Source of the DNA: Betaproteobacteria bacterium
GTDB lineage: Bacteria > Pseudomonadota > Gammaproteobacteria > Burkholderiales > SG8-41
DNA length: 42,898 nucleotides
Direction: 5' to 3'
Assembly (NCBI GenBank): GCA_016199485.1
Contig: JACQGO010000135.1
Span: 1 to 42,898, forward strand
The translations under genes and the position numbers were made by a program. Each line of letters opens with the position of its first letter. The first letter of the stretch is position 1. The notes beneath the pieces are model-generated. The model was given only the letters and a program-made list of their open reading frames with translations, did not search any database and had not been told where the DNA came from. Below, piece by piece: positions 24,549 to 33,493 of the stretch.

Positions 24549-25174
24549 TAGTCCCCTTCTGTCGGATCATCGGGCTGCGGCGCCGGTCGCCGGCTGATCG
24601 TATTCAGCCGTGCGGTCGTCGAGCCCCAAGCGAAGGTGGCGTTGGCGAGGCTGGCCACGTATTCGTAGCCGAGATCTCCCGCGTAGCGCGCCTGCTGATC
24701 CTCGTCGGTGTAGCGCCCCCCGGGGGCGCGCTGGAGGATCGCCAGCCGGCTCTCCGTGTTGACCGTGAGCGTGCCGCCATCGCCGCGGTGCTCGATCTCC
24801 GGCACGTCCATCCGCCCGCCGTACCACTGGTAGGGATCGGCGATCACGGCCCCGGTGGAGTCCAGGAAGGCCAGCCAGGCGTTGACCGGCATCCCCTGCC
24901 GCGCCTGCGAAAGCGCGGCGGAGAGCAGGCTGGTCGTCAGGCCGTTGAGCGTGAACACCGCCCCGGCCGCCTCGACCCGCAGCGTCTCCGCCGCCGGCTG
25001 CACGCCGATCAGCCCGGCCGCGCTGGTCCAGCTCTTGCCGTCCCAGGAGAGCGTGCCCAGCCCCGACCACAGCCGGACGTAGCCCGACGACCATTCCGTC
25101 TCGACCAGCAGGGCGATGCTCCTGGCGCTGGCGGTGAGCTCGGTCACCATGCCGGCCGTCAGCCCGCGCGTCAT
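24548..25174 (-). CDS. Baseplate hub / minor tail protein
   Basis: RLWSG.G.L.WDG..W, G.MD...I, RYT.EDQ..RY.GD.G.EYV; position between Dit and NlpC. Confidence 0.78.
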   Translation of the reverse strand: MTRGLTAGMVTELTASARSIALLVETEWSSGYVRLWSGLGTLSWDGKSWTSAAGLIGVQPAAETLRVEAAGAVFTLNGLTTSLLSAALSQARQGMPVNAWLAFLDSTGAVIADPYQWYGGRMDVPEIEHRGDGGTLTVNTESRLAILQRAPGGRYTDEDQQARYAGDLGYEYVASLANATFAWGSTTARLNTISRRPAPQPDDPTEGD

Positions 25175-26358
25175 ATCGCCTCCACCGCGTCGAACGCGAT
25201 CCCGTAGATGCCCTGGTGGTCCATGTCCCAGGGCGACAGCCGCTGCGCCAGCCGGAACACCCCCTTGCACGAGCTGGTGACGATGCTAGCGCCCGCCGCG
25301 GGTGACTCGCGCAACCCGGGCCAGATATTGAGCGTGAGGTTGCCCCACACGTCACTGTTCGCGTCCAGCAACATCTTATAGAGCCGCGACGTACTGCCGG
25401 TGCCGTGTTGTATGTAATCACCGGCCTTGAGGACACCATCCGCGCTTGCAGGCCATCCATCAGTGTAGAGCACCTGTGCGCCAACGGCGGGGACAACATT
25501 TACTTGAATAGCCGCGCCCGTCGTCACATATGTTGATGGCCCGACTGTATCTGCAACATCGTCCTGCGCGCCGAATAGATAGAGCGCGACCGCACCTGCT
25601 GCAATAGTGCAAGCTCCCACAGCATCACCATCAACTGCGTAGACTCGGGCCGATGAAATTGTTGCCCCTGCCAGCACATCAAATTCCGCTGAACATCTAT
25701 ACCAACCAGAACCAAGCGAATTAATCCCTCCAGTGATTCCAGCTTCAACCGTTCCGATTACTCCCGTATTGAGATTGAACCAAACGTTTCTTTCCGTTCC
25801 GTCCTTACGCAAACAGAGAAACCTAAACCACGTTTTTGTTCCGGCCTTGATGTGAATCGATACGGTATGTATCCCGCTTTGCGTATCAAATTCCTGAAAA
25901 CATCCTGGTGTGACGTTCAATGCTGATGCTACCAGCGCATCTGCTGTCACTTCAGCATTGATTGGGTTGGCAACGGCATTCGCAGTGATAGTAGCGTTAT
26001 CTTTCGCCCAAATCGCATTATCGAATTGTTCAGAATAATAGAAGCGATTTTGACGATACCGTACAGTAGGCGTCCCGCCAGCACTGCCGCGCGGGGTGGC
26101 GCCCAGCGGATCGCCGGCCAGGAAGGTGTAGCGCGGGCCGTTCAGCTTGAGCAGGAACGCCGCCCACTCCTCGGCCTCCGCGCGCTTCATCGGCGGGAGC
26201 GCGGCCGAGAAGCGCCAGAGCTTGCCGCCCCAGTCCTGCACCTGCTGCTCGCCGGTGAAGGGCGAGTCCTCCAGCGCCACGCGTGAGTCGCCGATCAGCC
26301 GCATGCCGCGGAAGGCGGTCGGGCTGCTGGGCATCGAGAGCGGGTAACTTATGCTCAT
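25171..26358 (-). CDS. Distal tail protein (Dit-like) with inserted carbohydrate-binding-type domain
   Basis: SPFTG.QQVQ..GG.W, AFL.KL.G, F..GDP, LKAGDYI, I.P.LR; insert N..YYSEQFDN..W...GWYRC...FGAQ. Confidence 0.8.
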   Translation of the reverse strand: MSISYPLSMPSSPTAFRGMRLIGDSRVALEDSPFTGEQQVQDWGGKLWRFSAALPPMKRAEAEEWAAFLLKLNGPRYTFLAGDPLGATPRGSAGGTPTVRYRQNRFYYSEQFDNAIWAKDNATITANAVANPINAEVTADALVASALNVTPGCFQEFDTQSGIHTVSIHIKAGTKTWFRFLCLRKDGTERNVWFNLNTGVIGTVEAGITGGINSLGSGWYRCSAEFDVLAGATISSARVYAVDGDAVGACTIAAGAVALYLFGAQDDVADTVGPSTYVTTGAAIQVNVVPAVGAQVLYTDGWPASADGVLKAGDYIQHGTGSTSRLYKMLLDANSDVWGNLTLNIWPGLRESPAAGASIVTSSCKGVFRLAQRLSPWDMDHQGIYGIAFDAVEAI

Positions 26359-26361
26359 CGC

Positions 26362-27975
26362 TCACGTCCTCCGCGCGCGGCTTTCGACGGCGGCCACGCT
26401 CATGGCGACAATCTGCGGCGCCGCCTGGCGCATCATCGCCTCCACCCGCGGGATGATCGTCGGGTCTGCGCCCCGGAAGTCGTTGTTGATGACGGTGGTG
26501 CTGCCGCCCCCGCTCGGCGCGATTCTGATGGCCGGGACTCCGCTGAACGGGACCTCTGTCCCTGGTGTGGTGGCGGGCGCCCCGGTTGCCGCAGGTCCCG
26601 CGCGGAGATCGCCGATCGGGAAGGATATGAGCCCGGCTGCCTGCAAGCCACGCCGCACCTGCTGGAGGATTATCTCGTAGAGAATCATCTGGAGGATATT
26701 CTTGCTGATGTCCCGCAGCGTGTCGGCAAAGTTCTTGCCCTGCATGATGGCATCGGCGAAGCCCGAGGCGATGATGCCGGCTCCCTGCTCAAAAAGCGTA
26801 TTCTGTTCCGCAACGCGCCTGTTGAGATCATCGATGATGACGGCCTGCTGGCGCAGGGCCTCGGCCTTGTCGTAGGCAAGTTGCACATCATAGGCGTCGT
26901 TGAACCTCTTTTCTTTCATCAGTGTGGCCGATTCCATCAAAAATTGTGTCCAACGTTTCGCTGCATCATTCGCCATACCGATTGCTTTGGACAATTCCAT
27001 TCCCTGATCGGAATTTATTTTCAGCGCCAATGCATTCTCTCTGATCGCAGCCGTTAGCGCCTTGAATTTGATGGTCGGATCTTCGCGCGGTATCGACGGC
27101 TCGACTTCGATCACGCGATTCTGCCGGATCGGCTCTTTGGTGACGACATCCACTTCGATCATGCGATTCAACCTCTGCGGCTGCGCCAGCGCTTCCTCGA
27201 CGAGGCGATTCGCTTCTTTCGCCACCCTGTAGACATCGCCGAGCCATCCGAGTGCGGTGCGCCCCCAACCTTCGATGGCCGCCGCCAATTCATCCCAGGA
27301 TCGCATCTGCTCTTTTGCCTGTTCAGCCTGATCTTTGGTGATTGTGGCGCCAGCGGCATCAGCGGCGAGCATACCTTCCTTGAGCCCCTTCGCTCCTTCG
27401 GCAACGAGCCGCAAACCGTGCTCACCCCGCATCCCCATTAATTCCAGCGCGAGCCGCGTCCGCACAGTCGTATCTTGAACGAGACTCAACGCATCGACGA
27501 CCGCCAGCAATCGTTCATCTGCCGGCATTTTTGCAAGGTTCTCAAAGCTCAGGCCAAGTTGCAGGAACAATTCAATCGCTTTGGGGGACTCCGCCTGCGC
27601 TTGACCGATGGCATCGTTGAGCATTTTCATGCTCATAAAAAGGCCCGATGCGCCAACACCGGCCGCTTTGGATGCAAAGTTCAACTGAGAAAGTTTTTCG
27701 ACAGTGAGGCCGAGCGCATCCGCAGCTGTACCGGCATCGTCGGCCATGGCTGTGAGATGCTTTCCAAAAGCAACAATCCCGCCGACAGACAGCCCCACCC
27801 CGACCGCACCGAGCGCGTTCTTTAACAGGCCGAACGCGGAGGCGGCGCGGGCGTTGTGCTGGTGCGCCGCCGCGGCGAACTGCTTGACGGACTCGGCCCC
27901 TTCTCTCAGCCCCTCGACGAGCCGCACCGTGTCCGCCGAAAGCTCGACCCTCACCCCACCGATCGCTTCCGCCAT
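26362..27975 (-). CDS. Tape measure protein (short, 537 aa)
   Basis: IG..RV.L.AD N-terminus, Ala-rich helices; position after chaperones and gp10-like gene. Confidence 0.85.
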   Translation of the reverse strand: MAEAIGGVRVELSADTVRLVEGLREGAESVKQFAAAAHQHNARAASAFGLLKNALGAVGVGLSVGGIVAFGKHLTAMADDAGTAADALGLTVEKLSQLNFASKAAGVGASGLFMSMKMLNDAIGQAQAESPKAIELFLQLGLSFENLAKMPADERLLAVVDALSLVQDTTVRTRLALELMGMRGEHGLRLVAEGAKGLKEGMLAADAAGATITKDQAEQAKEQMRSWDELAAAIEGWGRTALGWLGDVYRVAKEANRLVEEALAQPQRLNRMIEVDVVTKEPIRQNRVIEVEPSIPREDPTIKFKALTAAIRENALALKINSDQGMELSKAIGMANDAAKRWTQFLMESATLMKEKRFNDAYDVQLAYDKAEALRQQAVIIDDLNRRVAEQNTLFEQGAGIIASGFADAIMQGKNFADTLRDISKNILQMILYEIILQQVRRGLQAAGLISFPIGDLRAGPAATGAPATTPGTEVPFSGVPAIRIAPSGGGSTTVINNDFRGADPTIIPRVEAMMRQAAPQIVAMSVAAVESRARRT

Positions 27976-27976
27976 C

Positions 27977-28591
27977 TCAGGTTGCTCCGATCTTGGTCAG
28001 GATCTTCGCCTGGCGGCGGGCGAGCTGGCGCACCTTGCGCTCCATCGCGCGCCAGAGCTCCGCGCCGATGCTGCGGGCAGCCTCGACCTTGCCCGCGTCC
28101 CATGCGCGCTGCAGGTAGCGCCGCGCCGTCACGCGGCCGGTCGGGTGCGGCTTGCGGCCGAACGCCGCGAAGATGCGCCCGCGACGCGAGAAGCGACCGG
28201 TGAAGCGCCGCCCCTTCGTTGCACGCTCCTTGGTGCCGAACTCGATCAGGTGACCGGTGCTGGCCGTCGGGCCGACGAACACCGCGGCCTCCTGGGTCGA
28301 AACGCCACGGTAGCGCGCCTGGCTGCGGGTGAGCCGGCGCAGCACCTTCACCCCGCCACGCCGCAACGAGTTGCGCGCGAGCCCGCGCAGCCCCTTCCGC
28401 CCGCCCGCGACCGGGCGCAGCGTGGCGCGCAGGTTGGCCGTCGCCGCACGGGCGATGGGGCGCCCGGCGGCAGTGAGCGCCCCCATCACGATCTCGCGGG
28501 AGAGCGCGGCCGGCAGCTCGGCCAGCGCGGCCCGCACCTCCTCGGCGCCCACGATGCGCAGCACCTGCTCGCTGCGTTGCCCGATAGCCAT
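27977..28591 (-). CDS. HK97 gp10-like tail completion protein (displaced position)
   Basis: I.G.EE...AL.EL, GHLIEFGT, ARRYLQRAWD. Confidence 0.8.
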   Translation of the reverse strand: MAIGQRSEQVLRIVGAEEVRAALAELPAALSREIVMGALTAAGRPIARAATANLRATLRPVAGGRKGLRGLARNSLRRGGVKVLRRLTRSQARYRGVSTQEAAVFVGPTASTGHLIEFGTKERATKGRRFTGRFSRRGRIFAAFGRKPHPTGRVTARRYLQRAWDAGKVEAARSIGAELWRAMERKVRQLARRQAKILTKIGAT

Positions 28592-28788
28592 CAGCGCCTC
28601 GCGTGCAGGAGTTCGCCCAGCCCGGCCTGTGCGGCGCCGTACACTTCCGCCTCCATCCGCCAGCGCTCGCGTCGCGCGGCGTCGGCGGCGTAGTACGCGG
28701 CCCACAGGGCCAGCTCGCCCATCGTCACCCGGCCCAGGAGGTCGCCCACCGTCATGTGCAGCTCGCGGGCGAGGTCGAACAGGAACAT
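28591..28788 (-). CDS. Tail assembly chaperone, frameshift (gpT-like) part
   Basis: FLF.LA.ELHMTV.DL......EL..W.AYY; in the -1 frame of the upstream gene. Confidence 0.82.
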   Translation of the reverse strand: MFLFDLARELHMTVGDLLGRVTMGELALWAAYYAADAARRERWRMEAEVYGAAQAGLGELLHARR

Positions 28789-29216
28789 CAGCCCGGGCCG
28801 GGCCCCGAGTTTTTTGCGAGGTCTCCGGTCTGCGCCCCCGTCGGGTTCAGCCCCTGCACTTCACGGTATAGGCGGACCAGCACCCGGCTCTGGTCGAGCG
28901 GCGCCTCGACGAGCCGCGCCACGTCCTCCGCGCCGAACAGCCGCCGGCCCTCGGCGTCGGTGAGGGAGAACGCCAGCAGCAGCGACGCCGCCTCGATGTT
29001 CTTGAGCACCTCGGGGCGATCGCCGGCGAGCAGGGCGTCCAGGGCGTCCACGTACTCGACGTATTCCGTGCCGCGCAGGGAGTTCACGTAGACATGCCCG
29101 CCCCACTCCGGCACCTCGATCCTCCGCCGCTGCGGGGCCACCAGCGCCAGGATGCCCTCGCGCGTGAGCGGCGTGGAGCCGCCGGCCCCGTCGCCACCGT
29201 TGCCGTTCTCGCCCAT
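28788..29216 (-). CDS. Tail assembly chaperone (gpG-like)
   Basis: LTRE.IL, VPEWGG.VYV, SL.D.EG.RLF, ending AKNS. Confidence 0.88.
   Translation of the reverse strand: MGENGNGGDGAGGSTPLTREGILALVAPQRRRIEVPEWGGHVYVNSLRGTEYVEYVDALDALLAGDRPEVLKNIEAASLLLAFSLTDAEGRRLFGAEDVARLVEAPLDQSRVLVRLYREVQGLNPTGAQTGDLAKNSGPGPG
28809..28815 (-). other. -1 programmed ribosomal frameshift site A AAA AAC
   Basis: GCA AAA AAC; the -1 frame reads KLGARPGLMFLF into 28591-28788. Confidence 0.8.
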
Positions 29217-29225
29217 CTGTGCCTC

Positions 29226-29660
29226 CTACGGCGTGATGTCCCGGATGATGGCGATTCCGTCCGAGCCCTTGATCGTGACGTCGATCACGGCCACGTCGCC
29301 GACCTTGAACGGCGCCGTGTAGTCGAAGATCATCCCGCTGCCCTGGTACTCGGGATTGGCCGCGCTGATCGCGGCGTCCTTGTCGAGGATGAGCGCCATG
29401 GTGCGGGAGGTTCCCGCCTGCGCATCGGCGAGCAGGCCGGAGAGCTGTTCGTCGATGGCGTTGTCCGCCACGTCGAGGAACAGCCTGCATCGCACCTCCC
29501 ACGCCTCGACGCCGCCCCCGATCATCTTCTTCCCGGTGCTGCCCATCGGCGTGATGTCGATCTCCGGGAACCCCCGCACCAGCGTCACCTCGGGGTGGTA
29601 GGACAGCCAGGAAACGGCGTTGAACGTCACCCGCACGTTCCGATAGGTCGTGACGGCCAT
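29226..29660 (-). CDS. Tail tube protein
   Basis: EIDIT..G.TG...GG, AANPEY.G, KVGD; directly before the chaperones. Confidence 0.7.
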   Translation of the reverse strand: MAVTTYRNVRVTFNAVSWLSYHPEVTLVRGFPEIDITPMGSTGKKMIGGGVEAWEVRCRLFLDVADNAIDEQLSGLLADAQAGTSRTMALILDKDAAISAANPEYQGSGMIFDYTAPFKVGDVAVIDVTIKGSDGIAIIRDITP

Positions 29661-29669
29661 GCTTCCCTC

Positions 29670-30401
29670 CTATGGGGTCTGGATGCCTACGGTGACCACG
29701 AAGGTGAACGAGATGCCGGCACCGCCCACGGTCCAGTCGATCCGCCACCACGTGTCGGTGATCGCCCCGGCCGCGGACTTCCACTCCGACGTGATCCCGG
29801 CCGCCTGCGTGAACGTCAGGCGCGTGGTGTAGGCCCCGCCCTGGGTGGCGGAGCTCTTGACCGTCACGTCGAGGGTGTCGCCAGCGCTCGCCGCAATGAC
29901 GTGCAGGGCGCCGTAGACGTACTGCGCCGCGCCCACCGCGCCGAGCTCGACGCCGGTCGAGTTGGAGCTGGTGGTGCGCGTGGCGTTGTGCATCAGCGTG
30001 CCGCGCACGATCCGCTCGCCCGGGGAGCACACGCCGCCGAGGCTGAACCGGTAGAGGTCGCCGACCTTCACCGCGCCCTCGAACTTGCCGAACAGCGCGC
30101 GGCCGAGGTAGGCCACGTCCGTCAGCGCGCCGCCGGCTCCGCCGATCGGCGCCACGCTGAACACCGTGTCGGCCTCACCGAGCGCCGCCTCTGCCGCAGC
30201 GCCGGCGTTCGCCTCGTCCATGTATCCCTCGATGTTGAGGGCATGGTCGGGGATGCCGCCCAGCAGCCGCCTGCCGGTGTCCGTGAACACCGTGGCGTCG
30301 ATCTCGTCGAGCTTCTGCCCGAGGGCCACGGCGTGCAGGTTCGTGGTGAGCCGGTACGCGCCAATCCAGGTCTCGGCATCGCGGAAGGTCTGAATCGCCA
30401 T
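29670..30401 (-). CDS. Second tail-tube-like protein with C-terminal beta-sandwich domain
   Basis: EIDAT.F..TG...GG and KVGD shared with 29226-29660. Confidence 0.65.
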   Translation of the reverse strand: MAIQTFRDAETWIGAYRLTTNLHAVALGQKLDEIDATVFTDTGRRLLGGIPDHALNIEGYMDEANAGAAAEAALGEADTVFSVAPIGGAGGALTDVAYLGRALFGKFEGAVKVGDLYRFSLGGVCSPGERIVRGTLMHNATRTTSSNSTGVELGAVGAAQYVYGALHVIAASAGDTLDVTVKSSATQGGAYTTRLTFTQAAGITSEWKSAAGAITDTWWRIDWTVGGAGISFTFVVTVGIQTP

Positions 30402-30404
30402 CGC

Positions 30405-30830
30405 CTACTCCCTGTAGGTCACGCGGAACTCGATCGTGGCGCGATGGGTGAAGATCGAATCCGACCCGGCCGCCACCGCAATCTGCTCCTCGGTAACGCC
30501 GTCGCTTTCGTCGATCACGAACACGTCCTCGACCGTGGTGCCGGTGGTGGTGCTCCAGCGTTGCAGCGCCTGCCGCACCTGGTCGGCCAGCGCGCGCGCG
30601 GTGAGGTACGTCGCGGCGTAGCAGTCGAAGGCGAACGTCGCCTTCACGATCCCGACATCGGCCCCGCCCATCACCGGAAACCGCTCGGGCGGCGGATCGC
30701 CCCGCTGGTAGACGATGCAGGGCAGCGTGACGTTCTTCGGCGCGATCTGCGGGTAGAGCCGCGTCCCGATCAGTGCGGAGACGCCGGCGTAGCCGGTCAC
30801 GCGATCCCCGAGCACCGATTCGATCGTCAC
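30405..30830 (-). CDS. Tail terminator (DUF3168-like)
   Basis: LIGTRLYP..AP....P.IVYQ, F.FDCYA.TY..A..LA..VR.AL. Confidence 0.85.
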   Translation of the reverse strand: MTIESVLGDRVTGYAGVSALIGTRLYPQIAPKNVTLPCIVYQRGDPPPERFPVMGGADVGIVKATFAFDCYAATYLTARALADQVRQALQRWSTTTGTTVEDVFVIDESDGVTEEQIAVAAGSDSIFTHRATIEFRVTYRE

Positions 30831-31000
30831 CGCTTACCCCCGGTGTAGAGGCCGAGCTCGCAGCACCATAGGGCGACTTGCATCATCCGCTCTTCGCCGG
30901 TGAGCCAGGCCAGCACTCGCCATGGTCGATCGCTCCAGAGGATGGCTCGCACCCACCACCGAGCACGGAACTCGGGCGGATACGCGAACTCCATTGTCAC
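30827..31000 (-). CDS. Small Trp-rich protein, paralogue of 30997-31167
   Basis: RWWVRAILWSDRPWRVLA; GTGA overlaps on both sides. Confidence 0.6.
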   Translation of the reverse strand: MTMEFAYPPEFRARWWVRAILWSDRPWRVLAWLTGEERMMQVALWCCELGLYTGGKR

Positions 31001-31167
31001 GGCGCCACCTTGGCGACGAGGCCATGAGCGACGGCCCACTTCGCAACCCGGAGCGTTCGCGCCTCACCGGCGATCCGAGCCAATGCCCGCCACGGCCAGA
31101 GGCTCCAAAGCATGATCCGGAGCCACCAGCGGAAGACGAGCGTCAGTTCAAATTGCTGGACTGCCAT
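30997..31167 (-). CDS. Small Trp-rich protein (56 aa), paralogue of 30827-31000
   Basis: Read manually: MAVQQFELTLVFRWWLRIMLWSLWPWRALARIAGEARTLRVAKWAVAHGL. Confidence 0.6.
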   Translation of the reverse strand: MAVQQFELTLVFRWWLRIMLWSLWPWRALARIAGEARTLRVAKWAVAHGLVAKVAP

Positions 31168-31170
31168 CGT

Positions 31171-31488
31171 TCACACCCCCACCGCTTCGACCATCAGCTC
31201 AAGCGCGTCCTGTCGCCCGAGCGGGATCACCCCGCGGATGTTGTACGTGCGGCCGTCATGCCGGATGCGCATGGCCGGGGTCACATCGCTGCGCCAGCGG
31301 ATGCGGAACTTCCCCTCGATCGTCGACTGCATCGAATCCGCGACGATCCGCTCCTGGCCGCGCAGCGCTTCCCATGAGGCCGCCACCACCGCCAGCACGG
31401 TCCAGGTGACCGTCGTGCCGTAGGCGGCATCCTGCGCCTCGCTGGGCTGCTCGATCGTGATCCGGCGGTCCATCCGCCCGATGTTCAC
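31171..31488 (-). CDS. Head closure / head-tail joining protein (SPP1 gp16-like)
   Basis: GRMDRRITI, G.E, IRWR.DVT..MRI...GR.YNI. Confidence 0.9.
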   Translation of the reverse strand: MNIGRMDRRITIEQPSEAQDAAYGTTVTWTVLAVVAASWEALRGQERIVADSMQSTIEGKFRIRWRSDVTPAMRIRHDGRTYNIRGVIPLGRQDALELMVEAVGV

Positions 31489-31491
31489 CGG

Positions 31492-31713
31492 CTACTCCAC
31501 GGGGCTGCCGCCCCTGTCGCGCCGCCCGCGCGAGGCCTCGGCCGGGACCGGCGCGGGCCCCAGCGTGGCCGGGTTGACCCACTCGCGCGTTTCCGGATGG
31601 CGGACGAAGACGATCCCCTCGCCGGCCGCGGCGAAGCGGGCCGCCTTGTCGCGCTCCACCCACACCCGGTTGCCCTTGTCCTTGCCCACCAGCATCTCCA
31701 CCATCACCGCCAT
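31492..31713 (-). CDS. Small hypothetical virion-region protein
   Basis: GGAGG RBS; V.ML.G..KG..V......A..F...G, resembling 32867-33049. Confidence 0.6.
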   Translation of the reverse strand: MAVMVEMLVGKDKGNRVWVERDKAARFAAAGEGIVFVRHPETREWVNPATLGPAPVPAEASRGRRDRGGSPVE

Positions 31714-31727
31714 GGCCAGTCCTCCCG

Positions 31728-32693
31728 TCAGGTGAAGCGCAGGTCGTACCGATCCGCGCGGAAAGGGTCCAGCAGCCCCTCGACGGTGCCCTTGATTTCC
31801 GTGACGGCAGCCCCGACGATCACCGACTGCCGGTGCTCGTAGAGGTCGCCGATAGCCAGCAGCATCCACTGCTTGATGCCCTGGGGCACCGCCCCGGCCG
31901 CGCCGTAGCCCGCCACGAATGTCACGATCACGGCCTCCATCTGCTCCCGGGTCGAGGGCCAGTATTCCCCGTAGGCCGGGAGGATGCCCCCATGCATCGC
32001 CCGTGGACCAGCCGGCGTGGTGACCTGGTACTTGCTCGCCGCCCAGGTCTGCGAATCGCCGGCCGTGTCCACGTACACGATCGAGGTCACCGACTGCAGC
32101 GGCGGCAGCGGCAGCCAGAGCTGGCACGCGCTGTCGTCCGGGAAATCGTTGAGCGCCAGCTTCCAGGTCTGCGTGATCAGCGCCCGGTTCGTCAGATCCT
32201 CGGCCCTCTGCCGCACGGTCGTGATCAGCGCCGTCAGGTACGGATCGCCGGTGGTGTTGGTCGTTGGCGCCCCGGCTCCCAGGCTCGCATCGGCCGTGTT
32301 GTCCGTGTACGTGGTGGTCGTGTTGTCGGCCAGCGTCGCCAACAGGAAAAAGGAGTTCTGCGCCGCGATCTTGTTCCGCCAGAGCCTGCGCGAGGTCGCC
32401 GCGCTCCCGCCCACCGGGATCGCCGTCAGGGCCACCTTGCCGTTGACGGTCTTGTCGGCGACGGTCACCGCGTCGCTGACCGTGCCGCCCTCCGTCTCCC
32501 CGTCCGCGGTGACGAACGTGACGCGGTAGCGGTGCGCGCCGTTGTCAACGTTCCCCGCGCCTGCGCCGGCCAGCGCCGCCGTAGGCGCCGTCGGGGCCGG
32601 CTCGGCATTGGTGCCGTCGATCTTCAGGTGCGTGCGCACCTCCGCCAGCGTGAGCGGCTCGGTCGCGGGGGCGGTCACCAGGTCGAGCGGCAT
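31728..32693 (-). CDS. Head-tail connector (gp6-like) with a ~120-aa inserted domain
   Basis: PA.EPLTL.EVR.HL.ID; E..T.RALITQTW; LP.PPLQSV; F.AGYG; LYEHR. Confidence 0.88.
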   Translation of the reverse strand: MPLDLVTAPATEPLTLAEVRTHLKIDGTNAEPAPTAPTAALAGAGAGNVDNGAHRYRVTFVTADGETEGGTVSDAVTVADKTVNGKVALTAIPVGGSAATSRRLWRNKIAAQNSFFLLATLADNTTTTYTDNTADASLGAGAPTTNTTGDPYLTALITTVRQRAEDLTNRALITQTWKLALNDFPDDSACQLWLPLPPLQSVTSIVYVDTAGDSQTWAASKYQVTTPAGPRAMHGGILPAYGEYWPSTREQMEAVIVTFVAGYGAAGAVPQGIKQWMLLAIGDLYEHRQSVIVGAAVTEIKGTVEGLLDPFRADRYDLRFT

Positions 32694-32696
32694 CGG

Positions 32697-32870
32697 CTAC
32701 CCTCGCATCGCGGCCAGCGCCTCCGCGGCGGCCCGCTGCGCCGCATCCTTGCCCTGCACCCGGCCGATGCCCGGCACGGCGTACCATCCGTCGCCCAGGC
32801 TCTTCACGCGGATCGAGCGCACCCCCGGCGGCTTCGGGGCGGCCGGGACAACCGTTTCGTTCGGGTTCAT
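32697..32870 (-). CDS. Small protein (LG.GWY....RVQGK..A)
   Basis: ATGA overlap; motif typical of small genes near head-tail genes. Confidence 0.6.
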   Translation of the reverse strand: MNPNETVVPAAPKPPGVRSIRVKSLGDGWYAVPGIGRVQGKDAAQRAAAEALAAMRG

Positions 32871-33049
32871 CGGCCGCGCTTCGCCTTGCCGGCCACCGGT
32901 GCGGCGCGACGCTGGCGATCCCGCTCGACCACCGCGCGATCGCGCACGTACGCCACGGCCACGCCGGACTTGATGAGTTCCTTCGCCTGCGCGTCCTCGT
33001 GCCAAGCGACGCTCCCCTTGTGGGGGCCGCTCACGAATCGCACCTTCAT
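32867..33049 (-). CDS. Small protein (MKVRF...G......AKELI..G.A)
   Basis: GGAGG RBS; typical post-capsid small gene. Confidence 0.65.
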   Translation of the reverse strand: MKVRFVSGPHKGSVAWHEDAQAKELIKSGVAVAYVRDRAVVERDRQRRAAPVAGKAKRGR

Positions 33050-33052
33050 GGG

Positions 33053-33448
33053 TCACCCTCCGAGCGCGTAGTAAATCTGGATCACCGTCACGGCGCTGTT
33101 CACGTTGTTGCCGCCGATCTTGAGCGTGAGCGTGTCGGCCTCGTCCACGGTGGGATGGAGGCTGGTGCCGCTGTAGACGATCGCCACCTTCTCGGTGTTC
33201 GCCGTATCGCGGTTCGCGCCCACGCCCTCCAGCACGTCGTGGCCGTGCTGGTCCTCGACGGTCACGTCGTAGTTGTCCTGCGGCGCCACCGCCCCGGGGT
33301 TGGTCACCAGATCCAGCAGGCGACCCTCGATTTTCGGGAGATCCGTATCCGGGAACGTCGCCGCCGCCGCATCCGCGGTCGCCGTGTAGACCAGCGAGCG
33401 GATGTTCCCGCCCTGGTTGTGCGCCGTCAGCGTCACCGTGCCGGCCAT
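33053..33448 (-). CDS. Virion structural protein
   Basis: G.L....TNPG..AP..NYD....D..G.D.L.G.G.NR; GAGG RBS. Confidence 0.7.
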   Translation of the reverse strand: MAGTVTLTAHNQGGNIRSLVYTATADAAAATFPDTDLPKIEGRLLDLVTNPGAVAPQDNYDVTVEDQHGHDVLEGVGANRDTANTEKVAIVYSGTSLHPTVDEADTLTLKIGGNNVNSAVTVIQIYYALGG

Positions 33449-33493
33449 GGCTCACCTCGGCTGTGGGCGGGCCGGAGCCCGCCCGGGTCAGGA

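Noticed and set aside
21367-24597. Very long plus-strand ORFs (1076 aa here; also 29094-30848, 32999-35251, 35751-37688, 40631-42451)
   Set aside because: Antisense shadows of high-GC3 structural genes, with no recognisable motifs.
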